Origin: Blochmannia endosymbiont of Camponotus modoc
GTDB lineage: Bacteria; Pseudomonadota; Gammaproteobacteria; Enterobacterales; Enterobacteriaceae
Length of the DNA stretch: 32,000 nucleotides
Assembly: GCF_023585785.1 (NCBI RefSeq)
Contig: NZ_CP097765.1
Location: forward strand, 210,001 to 242,000
Direction of reading: 5' to 3'
Position numbers and translations under genes: made by a program
Notes under the pieces: model-generated
What the model saw: only the letters and a program-made list of their open reading frames with translations
Told to the model about the DNA's origin: nothing
Databases searched by the model: none
Shown: positions 22,538-32,000 of the stretch, in pieces
How the letters are laid out: each line of letters starts with the position of its first letter
Position numbering within the stretch: position 1 is the first letter of the stretch

Positions 22538-22579
22538 TAGATACTTTCTATACTTATAGATACTTTCTATACTTATAGA
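22538..22579. repeat. Two direct tandem copies of a 19-bp unit (tagatactttctatactta) plus a partial third
   Basis: Read directly in the mreB-aroQ intergenic region. Confidence 0.85.
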
Positions 22580-22931
22580 AAAATTACAACTACCTGTTTT
22601 ATTGAAAAAATTGTAGTTCAATATTATAATAATAGTATTAAAAAAGAAATTGTTTATTGCGTTAATACTGCGCATAATAGTTATTTTGATTAATAAAAAG
22701 TTAAAAATGTACAACACAGTCATGTAATATTAGTGTCATTAGTCTTGACCTATAAAATAGTAAATACATGCATTATGTAATTATGATGATTTTTCTATGA
22801 AATATATTATGAATAAGAAATTTTTTCTTATTCATAATATATAGGCAACACTCGTTAAATATTAAATATCATGATATGCATGAGTTACAATTGTATACTG
22901 TATGTTAAATTGATGAGGATATTTGAATATC

Positions 22932-23390
22932 ATGGTAAATACATTTCGTATTTTATTGATAAACGGACCTAATTTAAATTTTTTAGGCACACGTGAACCA
23001 CATATATATGGATGTGAAGCTTTATCTGATGTTGTAGCAAATTTGTATAAAATCTCTGAATCTTTAGGTATGCATATGGATCACTTTCAATCTAATGCAG
23101 AACATGAATTGATTGAATGTATACATAAAAGTTACAAAAATGCGGATTTCATCATAATTAACCCCGCAGCGTTTACTCATACTAGTATAGCGTTGCGAGA
23201 TGCATTTTTATCCGTGAACATTGCTTTTATCGAAATTCATCTTTCTAATATATATATCCGAGAAAAATTTCGATATCGTTCGTATTTGTCTGATATTGCA
23301 CTTGGTGTTATTTGTGGATTTGGAGTATATGGATATCATTGTGCTTTACATATGGCGCATAAATATTTATCCAAAAAAATTAATGAATGA
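22932..23390 (+). CDS. aroQ: 3-dehydroquinate dehydratase, type II
   Basis: [36 protein letters not shown] and [11 protein letters not shown] at 22932, with GAGG upstream, is preferred over the TTG at 22923. Confidence 0.96.
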   Translation: MVNTFRILLINGPNLNFLGTREPHIYGCEALSDVVANLYKISESLGMHMDHFQSNAEHELIECIHKSYKNADFIIINPAAFTHTSIALRDAFLSVNIAFIEIHLSNIYIREKFRYRSYLSDIALGVICGFGVYGYHCALHMAHKYLSKKINE

Positions 23391-23411
23391 TAGATACACA
23401 TAGGTTTTGTT

Positions 23412-23864
23412 ATGGATATTCGTAAAATAAAAAAATTAATTACATTGATTGAAGAATCAAATATATCTAAGTTAGAAATCTCTGAAGGAAATAAAATAGT
23501 ACGTATTACTCGTTCTACATCTAAAACATCGTCTGACTCAACGCGGTTGCCTACGACAAAAGAATCGGAAATACCAGTATGTATTGCAAATACAGAAACA
23601 CGTTATGAAAATGTTAAATTAATAGATAATGGACATGTTATACGTTCTCCAATGGTAGGTATCTTTTACATTGCTTCTAGTTCAGATTCTAATCCGTTTG
23701 TATCAATAGGTCAAACGGTTGAAGTTGGCGATACTTTATGTATTGTTGAAGCTATGAAAGTGATGAATCAAATTCAATCAGATAAATCAGGTGTAGTCAA
23801 AGCAATTTTGATTGATAACGGTCAACCGGTCGAATTTAATGAGCCATTACTCATCATCGAATAA
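23412..23864 (+). CDS. accB: Biotin carboxyl carrier protein of acetyl-CoA carboxylase
   Basis: [26 protein letters not shown] and the biotinylation motif [10 protein letters not shown]. Confidence 0.98.
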   Translation: MDIRKIKKLITLIEESNISKLEISEGNKIVRITRSTSKTSSDSTRLPTTKESEIPVCIANTETRYENVKLIDNGHVIRSPMVGIFYIASSSDSNPFVSIGQTVEVGDTLCIVEAMKVMNQIQSDKSGVVKAILIDNGQPVEFNEPLLIIE

Positions 23865-23874
23865 CGAGCACAGA

Positions 23875-25230
23875 ATGTTAGAAAAAATTGTCATTGCAAA
23901 TAGAGGAGAAATAGCGTTGCGCATTTTGCGCGCATGTAAAGAGTTAGGGATAAAAACAGTGGCTGTGCATTCAACCATAGATCGTGATTTGAAGCACGTG
24001 TTGTTGGCCGATGAAACTGTTTGTATAGGACCTCCACCTGCAATACATAGTTATTTAAATATTCCAGCTATTATTTCAGCTGCAGAAATTACTGGATCAT
24101 CAGGAATTCATCCTGGTTATGGATTTTTATCAGAAAACGCTGACTTTGCAGAACAAGTTGAACGTTCCGGTTTTGTTTTTATTGGGCCGCGTTCAGAAAC
24201 TATTCGTTTAATGGGAAATAAAATATCTGCTATAGCTATTATGAAAGAATCAGGAATAATGACTGTTCCAGGGTGGGATTATGAACTAAATAAAAACATA
24301 AATAACAAAATTTATAATTTTTCACATCAAAATTTACACATTAATTATCCAATTATCATAAAATCTGCTCATGGAGGAGGAGGACGTGGCATGTGTGTAG
24401 TTAAAAAAGAATCAGATTTAAAAGATGCTATACGCACGATACGAGCAGAATCAAAAAACACGTTTAATAATGATACTATTTATGCAGAACAATACTTGCC
24501 ACATCCTAGACATATAGAAATACAAGTGTTATCGGATGGAAAAGGCAATATAATTTACTTGACAGAACGTGATTGTTCTGTACAAAGAAAACATCAAAAG
24601 ATAGTAGAGGAGAGTCCTGCGTTAGGTATTAGCTCTGCAATGCGGAAATATATAGGAGAGAGCTGTGTAAAGGTTTGTTACAAAATTGGATATCGTGGGG
24701 TAGGTACATTTGAATTTTTATATGAGAATAATGAATTTTTTTTCATTGAAATGAATACTCGTATTCAAGTGGAACATCCTATTACAGAAATGATTACCGG
24801 GATAGATCTCATTAGAGAGCAACTAAGAATTGCCTCTGGATATACATTAGACATCACACAAGATTCAGTTAAATCTGAAGGACATGCTATAGAATGCCGC
24901 ATTAATGCTGAAGATCCTCATAACTTTATACCTAGTTCAGGATGTATTACTAGGTTCCACGCTCCTGGAGGATTAGGTGTGCGTTGGGAATCTCATATTT
25001 ATTCTGGCTACTCGGTACCTCCTTATTATGATGGAATGATAGGAAAATTAATTTGCTTTGGGGAAACACGCGATATAGCTATTGCTCGTATGAAAAATGC
25101 GTTATCAGAGTTAATTATCGATGGAATAAATACCAATATTGAGTTACAATTAAAAATTATAACCGATGAGATCTTTCAAAAAGGTAATGAAATTAATATT
25201 CATTATTTAGAAAATAAACTTAATATTTAA
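23875..25230 (+). CDS. accC: Acetyl-CoA carboxylase, biotin carboxylase subunit
   Basis: [43 protein letters not shown] and [20 protein letters not shown]. The upstream M in the track overlaps accB; ATG at 23875 matches the family start. Confidence 0.98.
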   Translation: MLEKIVIANRGEIALRILRACKELGIKTVAVHSTIDRDLKHVLLADETVCIGPPPAIHSYLNIPAIISAAEITGSSGIHPGYGFLSENADFAEQVERSGFVFIGPRSETIRLMGNKISAIAIMKESGIMTVPGWDYELNKNINNKIYNFSHQNLHINYPIIIKSAHGGGGRGMCVVKKESDLKDAIRTIRAESKNTFNNDTIYAEQYLPHPRHIEIQVLSDGKGNIIYLTERDCSVQRKHQKIVEESPALGISSAMRKYIGESCVKVCYKIGYRGVGTFEFLYENNEFFFIEMNTRIQVEHPITEMITGIDLIREQLRIASGYTLDITQDSVKSEGHAIECRINAEDPHNFIPSSGCITRFHAPGGLGVRWESHIYSGYSVPPYYDGMIGKLICFGETRDIAIARMKNALSELIIDGINTNIELQLKIITDEIFQKGNEINIHYLENKLNI

Positions 25231-25334
25231 ATAATTAGAAAAAAAGTATATATTTTTTCATATAAAGGTGATTGTTGATCTTTAATTAAGAGAATAACAT
25301 ATATTCTTAAGCATTAAAAATTAATGTACGTAAT

Positions 25335-25952
25335 TTATACTATTAATTTAATAAAATAAACATTAAAAATTAAAAAAACATTTGTATATTTTGTATAACC
25401 ATATGTTCTTATCATATTTGGTAAAAATGCTAAACTTTCTATAATCCAATTTGCTGTTTTTTTAGTTTTTTTTGTTATTTTTTTACCGCTACGTACTAGC
25501 ACTTTAGTTCCAATGCCTGCTAATTGGCCCGCTAACATATCGTTTTCAGTATCTCCTACCATATAAGAAGTAGTCATGTTAATGTTAAAACGTTTTTTTG
25601 CATCTAATAACATTCCCGGGTTAGGTTTGCGACACAAACAAGCTCGTTGAAATTTTTTCACTATTCCTTGTTTATGATGCGGACAAAAATAAATAGCATC
25701 TATATACACATGGCAATATATCCCCAAATAAGAAATCATCCATTTTGTTAGCAATAAGAAGTCATCTTGAGTAAATAAACCTCGTGCTATTCCAGATTGA
25801 TTAGTAACTATGATTAAAAAAAAATTCATTTCTTTCAAAGTTACCATTGCATCTATGACATTATCAATGAAAAAAAAATTATCAATATTATGCACATAGT
25901 TCTTATTAATATTAATAGTGCCATCTCGATCTATAAATATAGCATTATTCAC
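25335..25952 (-). CDS. gmhB: D-glycero-beta-D-manno-heptose-1,7-bisphosphate 7-phosphatase
   Basis: HAD-family AIFIDRDGTIN, IVTNQSGIARG, the zinc-binding segment CPHH...CLCRKPNPGML, and MVGDTENDMLAG. Confidence 0.93.
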   Translation of the reverse strand: MNNAIFIDRDGTININKNYVHNIDNFFFIDNVIDAMVTLKEMNFFLIIVTNQSGIARGLFTQDDFLLLTKWMISYLGIYCHVYIDAIYFCPHHKQGIVKKFQRACLCRKPNPGMLLDAKKRFNINMTTSYMVGDTENDMLAGQLAGIGTKVLVRSGKKITKKTKKTANWIIESLAFLPNMIRTYGYTKYTNVFLIFNVYFIKLIV

Positions 25953-26264
25953 GATGAGCCTTGTATTTATTACTATAATTGTAATTGTTTATTTTGTTAA
26001 ATAATGTTAACAATAAAAATTAATATTATATATAATAACACACAATCATTGATTTTGTGTCAAATGAAAAACAATATTATATTTATATATAAAACCACAT
26101 TAAAGTATATAACTGTATTTTTTTATAAAAAACATTAAATGTGTACTTATAATAGTGTGGTATTAAATCAAAAAATTTAATTCTTTAATTATAAATATAC
26201 TCAAACGACGATTATTATTATTTTTTATTATTACTAATAAACTTTTTCATATCAGGCAAAAATA

Positions 26265-28007
26265 ATGCGTACCAGTCAATATTTATTAGCTACTCTTAAA
26301 GAGGTGCCTAAGAATTGCAAAGCAATTAGCCATCAACTAATGTTACGAGCTGGCTTAATTCGTCAAGTGTCATCTGGTCTTTATACTTGGTTACCCACTG
26401 GATTACGTGTATTACGGAAAATAGAAAATATTATTCGAGAAGAAATGAATAAAATTGGTGCTATTGAAATAGCTATGCCGATAGTTCAACCTGCGAGATT
26501 ATGGAAAAAAAGTGGTCGTTGGACAGGATATGGCACAGAATTATTGCGTTTTAAAAATCGTAATAATCAGGAATTTGTATTAGGACCAACTCATGAAGAA
26601 ATGGTGTCAGAAATTATTTGCAAAGAAACAATGCTTTATAAACAGTTTCCATTAATTGTGTATCAAATTCATACTAAATACCGTGATGAAGCCCGTCCTC
26701 GATCTGGAGTAATACGCGCTAGAGAATTCATTATGAAAGATGGATATTCTTTTCATATCAATCAGAAATCTCTTCAGAACACATATAATAACATGTATCA
26801 AACATATCACACTATTTTTAATCGTATTGGACTAAATTTTTGTGTTGTTCAGGCTGAACCTGGTAGAATCGGGGGGGTATTGTCTCATGAATTTCAAGCA
26901 TATTCTGAAAATGGTGAAGATAGTATCGCGACTCCTATGATACCTGATAATAATTTAATTGACTCCCAGTTATTGAATGATGTGATTCCTATCAAAATAC
27001 AACCAAAAACGGCTGTAGAAACAATGCAATTAATAACAGCTCCTAATATTAGATCTGTAGAAGAATTAATGAATCAGTTTAATCTGCCTATACATCAAGT
27101 TGTAAAAACGATAATTGTACGCGCTAAAAATAAACATATTAATAATGATTATTCTTTGTTAGGACTAGTCATTCGAGCTGATCATCAAATTAGTTTAAAA
27201 AAAATTGCGATGATTCCACAAATACATACCCCTGTATCTTGTGTCGAACCAAAAGAAATCCAAATGATTACTGGAGCACAGCCCAATTTGTTGGGTCCTA
27301 TCAATTTATCTATACCATTGATTGTAGATTATAATGTAGCAAAAATGAACGATTTTGTCGCCGGATCTAATATGAGCGGCAAATATTTTTTTGGGGTTAA
27401 TTGGAATCGTGATATACCATTTTCAAAAGTAGCGGATTTACATGAAGTATTGCATCATAATTCATATATTAATAAAAAAGATATCTTATCCATTCATAAC
27501 TGTATTGAAATAGGACACATATTTCAATTAGGACAAAAATACTTAAACTTGAATACTAATTATTCACAAAAAAATAATGAGCGTAAACATAATTTTTCCG
27601 AAATGGGTTGTTATGGCATAGGAATTACTCGTATTATTGCTGTGATTATTGAACAAAATTATGATAAAAATGGTATTTTATGGCCGGATATAATCGCACC
27701 ATTCAAATTAGCGATTATACCGATTGATATGTATCGTTCTGTTAATGTAAGAAGTATTGCAGAAAAAATTTACACACAACTGTTATCTGTTATAGGAATA
27801 GATATATTAATTGATGATCGTAAAGAATACCCAGGTACAATGTTTTCTGATATAGATTTGATCGGAATACCACATATTCTGATTATTAGTGATCGTAGTT
27901 TAGCTAATCAAGAAGTAGAATATAAATATCGTAAAAAAAATGAAATAAAAAAAATTAAACTTGAAATGTTAATACGTTATTTGATTGAAAAAATTGTTTC
28001 TTCATGA
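26265..28007 (+). CDS. proS: Prolyl-tRNA synthetase, bacterial type with editing domain
   Basis: 580 aa with MRTSQYLLATLKEVPKNCKAISHQLMLRAGLIRQVSSGLYTWLPTG, LGPTHEEMV and PRSGVIRAREFIMKDGYSFH. Confidence 0.98.
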   Translation: MRTSQYLLATLKEVPKNCKAISHQLMLRAGLIRQVSSGLYTWLPTGLRVLRKIENIIREEMNKIGAIEIAMPIVQPARLWKKSGRWTGYGTELLRFKNRNNQEFVLGPTHEEMVSEIICKETMLYKQFPLIVYQIHTKYRDEARPRSGVIRAREFIMKDGYSFHINQKSLQNTYNNMYQTYHTIFNRIGLNFCVVQAEPGRIGGVLSHEFQAYSENGEDSIATPMIPDNNLIDSQLLNDVIPIKIQPKTAVETMQLITAPNIRSVEELMNQFNLPIHQVVKTIIVRAKNKHINNDYSLLGLVIRADHQISLKKIAMIPQIHTPVSCVEPKEIQMITGAQPNLLGPINLSIPLIVDYNVAKMNDFVAGSNMSGKYFFGVNWNRDIPFSKVADLHEVLHHNSYINKKDILSIHNCIEIGHIFQLGQKYLNLNTNYSQKNNERKHNFSEMGCYGIGITRIIAVIIEQNYDKNGILWPDIIAPFKLAIIPIDMYRSVNVRSIAEKIYTQLLSVIGIDILIDDRKEYPGTMFSDIDLIGIPHILIISDRSLANQEVEYKYRKKNEIKKIKLEMLIRYLIEKIVSS

Positions 28008-28210
28008 GATTTTTTAATCAATTTTGATTGATAAAATAGTGTTGATATTAAGATTAAAAAATTTGAGTGATATTTAGAGAATATATATGCAATAGTTATG
28101 TTGATTGAAGTTATATCAAATAACTCTGATTATTAAAAATAAAGCAATTTATAAAAACTTATAGTTTTAGGGTTAATTGTTTTATTTAATTAGTTAATAG
28201 ATATGAAAAA

Positions 28211-29743
28211 TCATTCTAAATGATAACAAACGCTATTTTTAAAAATTTTATAAGATAAAATATCTTGTAACCAAGATATTTGCCATGATATGTTCTCTTT
28301 ACTTGTAATCTTGCCATTGTGAGTAATGAATACTCCTATAGCAGTAATTAATGTTTTATTGTAAAAAAGCAAAGGAATACGACTTCTTAGCCATGGAGGT
28401 ACGCCTAATTCCTGCCAAATTTTTTTTAAATGTCGACCATGATTTCTTCCTAAGATATATAATAACCCATCTATATTCCCAAAAATAATTGATATTTTTT
28501 CATCAGATTTCGGGGCTCGAACAAAACAATGCGTCAAAACTTTTTTAGATTTTTCAAAAACATCATGAGACATATTTAATGAAAAATTTATGTTTAAATG
28601 CGGATTAAATACATTTTTAGATACATGTTCGTTGATACTTAATGGTTGGTATATTAATTTACCTAAATTATATGGTAGTATAAGTACATTATGTATGATG
28701 TTCCATGATAATTCAATTCTATTTAAAGAACGTCTCATATTTACAGGTAAAATATATAACTTTTCACGGAAACGACGACATAGGTATTTATCTAATTGTA
28801 GTATTGGGGTTGCATCTCTTCGGCTTAATACTACTTCTTTCCAAATACGATTTATAAGTTGATAAGAAGGCATCTTCATAGAAAAATGCGATAGCCAACG
28901 ACGCAGTAAAGCTTGTCTTTTTGGTATGCTGTATTGGAATAACGGGATAAATAGCAAAGAACCATCTGATTCATCAATTAATTTTTGAAAAGATTCTGAC
29001 AACAATTCATTTAATAAATTCTCTTGATCTCTGCATAGTTGCGCGGTACGCGCAACTACTTGATTAAAAAAAGGCCAACGTCGACATATTGAGGGCAAAA
29101 TTTTTATGCGCAAAAAATTACGATCAAAACGCGTATTCATATTCGTATCGTCTTCTATCCAGTCAAGTTTTTTTTTATAAGCATACATTTCTAATTGTTC
29201 ACGAGAGCAATCCAATAAAGGTCTTAATAACCTGTATTTATTAGCATATAATGCATTTTTACTCATTCCAGATAGTCCAGATGGGCCACTCCCTCTCTTT
29301 AGTGCAAGGAATAAACTTTCTACTTGATCATTCATGTGATGTGCGGTCAAAAGTATTTCTTGTGAATTTAAATTATTGTATAATTTTTTATAACGAAGAT
29401 TTCGTGCTAATGCTTCTATATTGCGTTGTTTATTTTCTGCGTTGTAGCAATTGATATGAATTACTGAAAAAGGTATACCCCGTAGTTTACATTGATTAAA
29501 GCAATGACTAGCCCATTTATCTGCATAATTACTGATACCGTGATGTACATAGATTGCACGTAAAATGAAAGGAGATGATCTGAAATGATCAGAACTATTT
29601 TTTAATCTTGTTAAAATATCTAGAAGCACTGTGGAATCCAGTCCTCCACTATAAGACAACAGTAATCTTGTATGTCCACCAAGACAGTGTGTTACTTTAC
29701 GATATAAATCCCAATCTTCTGACGATGTATTGGTTGTGATCAT
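28211..29743 (-). CDS. tilS: tRNA(Ile)-lysidine synthase
   Basis: 510 aa with the PP-loop LLLSYSGGLDSTVLLDIL, TAHHMNDQVESLFLALKRGSGPSGLSGM and a TilS C-terminal domain. Confidence 0.95.
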   Translation of the reverse strand: MITTNTSSEDWDLYRKVTHCLGGHTRLLLSYSGGLDSTVLLDILTRLKNSSDHFRSSPFILRAIYVHHGISNYADKWASHCFNQCKLRGIPFSVIHINCYNAENKQRNIEALARNLRYKKLYNNLNSQEILLTAHHMNDQVESLFLALKRGSGPSGLSGMSKNALYANKYRLLRPLLDCSREQLEMYAYKKKLDWIEDDTNMNTRFDRNFLRIKILPSICRRWPFFNQVVARTAQLCRDQENLLNELLSESFQKLIDESDGSLLFIPLFQYSIPKRQALLRRWLSHFSMKMPSYQLINRIWKEVVLSRRDATPILQLDKYLCRRFREKLYILPVNMRRSLNRIELSWNIIHNVLILPYNLGKLIYQPLSINEHVSKNVFNPHLNINFSLNMSHDVFEKSKKVLTHCFVRAPKSDEKISIIFGNIDGLLYILGRNHGRHLKKIWQELGVPPWLRSRIPLLFYNKTLITAIGVFITHNGKITSKENISWQISWLQDILSYKIFKNSVCYHLE

Positions 29744-29893
29744 ATTTTTACTAATGTAATAAACATAAAGTCATGACGATTTAAATATTAATAATAATGA
29801 ATATATTAATATTTAATATATTATTAATGAATAAAGCATTATTTACATACTTAAATCAATTATTTTAAAACAGTAATATACATTAATTCGAGA

Positions 29894-30853
29894 TTAACAA
29901 TATCCATAATGCATCAATCTTTGATATCGTCGATTTAACAATTCTTTTTCATCAAAAGAATCTAATTCGGTTAAATCTAATAATAATTGAGTTTTTAATG
30001 AAATAGATGTAGTTAATATATCTCTATGTGCTCCACCTAATGGTTCAGAAATCACACTATCAATTAGATTTAGTTCTTTCAATCGATAAGCAGTAATACC
30101 CATTGCTTCGGCAGCTATAGGAGCTTTTTTAACATTTTTCCATAAAATGGATGCACATCCTTCTGGAGAAATTACAGAATATGTACTATATTCCAACATA
30201 TTAACTTTATCGCCAACGCTGATAGCTAAAGCCCCTCCAGAACCCCCTTCTCCGATTACGGTACATATAATTGGTATTTTTAATATTGACATTGTACGTA
30301 AATTCTTAGCGATTGCTGCAGATTGTCCACGTTTTTCTGCGCCCACTCCAGGATAAGCGCCTGGAGTATCTATAAAAGTAATCAGTGGTATTTTGAATCG
30401 TTCTGCCATTTTCATCAGACGTAATGCTTTTCGGTACCCTTCTGGCGCGGACATACCAAAATTTCGTTTAATTTTTTCTTTAGTGTCACGACCTTTTTGA
30501 TGCCCAATGATCATGACTGGTCGGGAATTGAGTCTCGCTATGCCGCCTACAATAGCTTTGTCATCAGCGTATACTCGATCACCAGATAATTCATCGAAAT
30601 CGTTAAATATACGCTCTATATAATCTAAAGTGTATGGACGTTTAGGATGTCGTGCTAATTGAGCAATTTGCCAGGCATTTAAATTAGAAAATATTTTTTG
30701 GGTAAGCTCAATACTTTTAGAACGAAGACGATTAATTTCTGCATTAACATTTTTTTTTGATTTTTTATCTGAGTGTACTATCGATGCTAAAGAATTAATT
30801 TTTTCTTCTAAATCTAAGATAGGTTTTTCAAAATCAAGAACATTTAAACCCAT
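29894..30853 (-). CDS. accA: Acetyl-CoA carboxylase carboxyltransferase subunit alpha
   Basis: 319 aa with [50 protein letters not shown] and [12 protein letters not shown]. Confidence 0.98.
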   Translation of the reverse strand: MGLNVLDFEKPILDLEEKINSLASIVHSDKKSKKNVNAEINRLRSKSIELTQKIFSNLNAWQIAQLARHPKRPYTLDYIERIFNDFDELSGDRVYADDKAIVGGIARLNSRPVMIIGHQKGRDTKEKIKRNFGMSAPEGYRKALRLMKMAERFKIPLITFIDTPGAYPGVGAEKRGQSAAIAKNLRTMSILKIPIICTVIGEGGSGGALAISVGDKVNMLEYSTYSVISPEGCASILWKNVKKAPIAAEAMGITAYRLKELNLIDSVISEPLGGAHRDILTTSISLKTQLLLDLTELDSFDEKELLNRRYQRLMHYGYC

Positions 30854-30871
30854 ACAATTCCTGTTATTAAA

Positions 30872-32000
30872 TTAATGTAATTCTAATTTGATTTGTTCAT
30901 CCCCAACAAGACTACGTAAATTAGTTAGTAACTGATCAGTCAGGGTAATATACCATTTTTTTCCACAATGTAATTTAATTTGAATGCCATTTTTTTGATA
31001 AAAAAAATATACTGGTAAAGTTCCAAGTTTATTTTTTTCTAAAAAAAAATGAATGTTGGTCAATAATTTATTGTCAACTTGTTTGTTCTTTAATGTGATA
31101 GATAAACTACGTGTATGTTTTTTATGAATGTCGTTAATATCTTCTAATTTCCGTGCAATCATTTTGTAATGACCATGTATCTTATCAATATTGATCACGC
31201 CTGTAACAAGCAATAAATTATTTTCTTTTAAACAATGTTGATATTTATGAATCAGTGTTTCGAATATCATTATTTCTAATCGACCAGAATAATCTTCTAG
31301 AATAAAAAATACAACACGTTTTCCTCTCTTACTTAATTTTGTTCGAATTGATATAATTAAACCAAAAATATGCAGTATTTTATTATCTGTTTCTAGTATA
31401 ACATCTTTTATCTTAACGATGTTCGGTGCGCAACGTTTTATTGTTTTTATATATTGAATAGTAGGATGACTGGTTAAATATAATCCAAGAGCTTCTTTTT
31501 CTTTTTCTAATAATAACTGATTAGACCATTGTGGTGCGTTGTCATTGCGATCAGATATCGCAATAGTATTAGATTCATCTAAACACATTTCAAATATATC
31601 TGTTTGTTTGCTATATTTATTTTTAATATGTTGATTAGCACGTTTTAGTACATCATTAAGTGATGACATTAATTTTGAACGATGTATTCCAAACGAATCA
31701 CAGGCTCCGGAAAGAATTAATTTTTCAATCATACGATGATTTATTTTTGTACTATCGATACGAATACAGAAGTCAAATAATTCTTTAAAACTACCACCTT
31801 TATTACGAGATGTTATTATAGATTCTATAGAGGTTTTTCCTATTCCTTTAATAGCTCCAAATCCATAAACAATTTCTTTATTTGCATTAACATAAAAATG
31901 ATATTGACTAGTGTTAATATTTGGGGGTGAAATTATAAGTTTCATTTTTTGACATTCACCTATTAAGTATACTACTTTATTTAAATTATCCATATCAGAA
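30872..32000 (-). CDS. dnaE: DNA polymerase III alpha subunit, C-terminal part; 5' end outside the window
   Basis: Homologous to the DnaE C-terminal region (SDMDNLNKVVYLIGECQKM...YHFYVNANKEIVYGFGAIKGIG...SGACDSFG). The frame stays open to the window edge beyond the track's internal ATG. Confidence 0.96.
   Translation of the reverse strand, partial: SDMDNLNKVVYLIGECQKMKLIISPPNINTSQYHFYVNANKEIVYGFGAIKGIGKTSIESIITSRNKGGSFKELFDFCIRIDSTKINHRMIEKLILSGACDSFGIHRSKLMSSLNDVLKRANQHIKNKYSKQTDIFEMCLDESNTIAISDRNDNAPQWSNQLLLEKEKEALGLYLTSHPTIQYIKTIKRCAPNIVKIKDVILETDNKILHIFGLIISIRTKLSKRGKRVVFFILEDYSGRLEIMIFETLIHKYQHCLKENNLLLVTGVINIDKIHGHYKMIARKLEDINDIHKKHTRSLSITLKNKQVDNKLLTNIHFFLEKNKLGTLPVYFFYQKNGIQIKLHCGKKWYITLTDQLLTNLRSLVGDEQIKLELH

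Noticed and set aside
22535-22723. 62-aa minus-strand ORF in the mreB-aroQ gap
   Set aside because: AT-driven composition rich in N, I and F; it partly encodes the 19-bp tandem repeat and has no family resemblance.
23221-23403. 60-aa ORF overlapping aroQ in another frame
   Set aside because: Overlaps the conserved aroQ frame and has no recognisable domain.
23812-23874. Upstream start for accC overlapping accB
   Set aside because: The extension ([21 protein letters not shown]) is not family-like; [14 protein letters not shown] at 23875 is the conserved N-terminus.
28590-30356. + strand ORFs opposite tilS and accA (90, 67 and 69 aa)
   Set aside because: Antisense to well-supported CDSs.

Overview
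This 32 kb window is very AT-rich, low in coding density, and from a host-restricted gammaproteobacterial chromosome. Gene order is enterobacterial and reduced. I infer an insect endosymbiont of the Blochmannia type; this comes from gene content and style, not from a search. Left to right: the 3' end of rodA, a ytfF-like EamA permease, tRNA-Arg(UCU), folD, cysS, lpxH, adk, dnaX, apt, the 4.5S SRP RNA (absent from the ORF track), lon, pmbA/tldE, tldD, mreD, mreC, mreB, aroQ, accB, accC, gmhB, proS, tilS, accA and the 3' part of dnaE. I found no mobile elements, CRISPR arrays, defence islands or convincing new multigene system. The best second-look items are: (1) a hidden ffs gene with a well-formed promoter in a 1.7 kb 'empty' gap; (2) an A10 tract in dnaX, close to the E. 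coli gamma-frameshift position, where slippage gives immediate termination; (3) a lon promoter matching sigma-32 with 14-nt spacing; (4) a perfect 48-bp palindrome downstream of dnaX; and (5) several long decaying intergenic regions where syntenic genes are missing.
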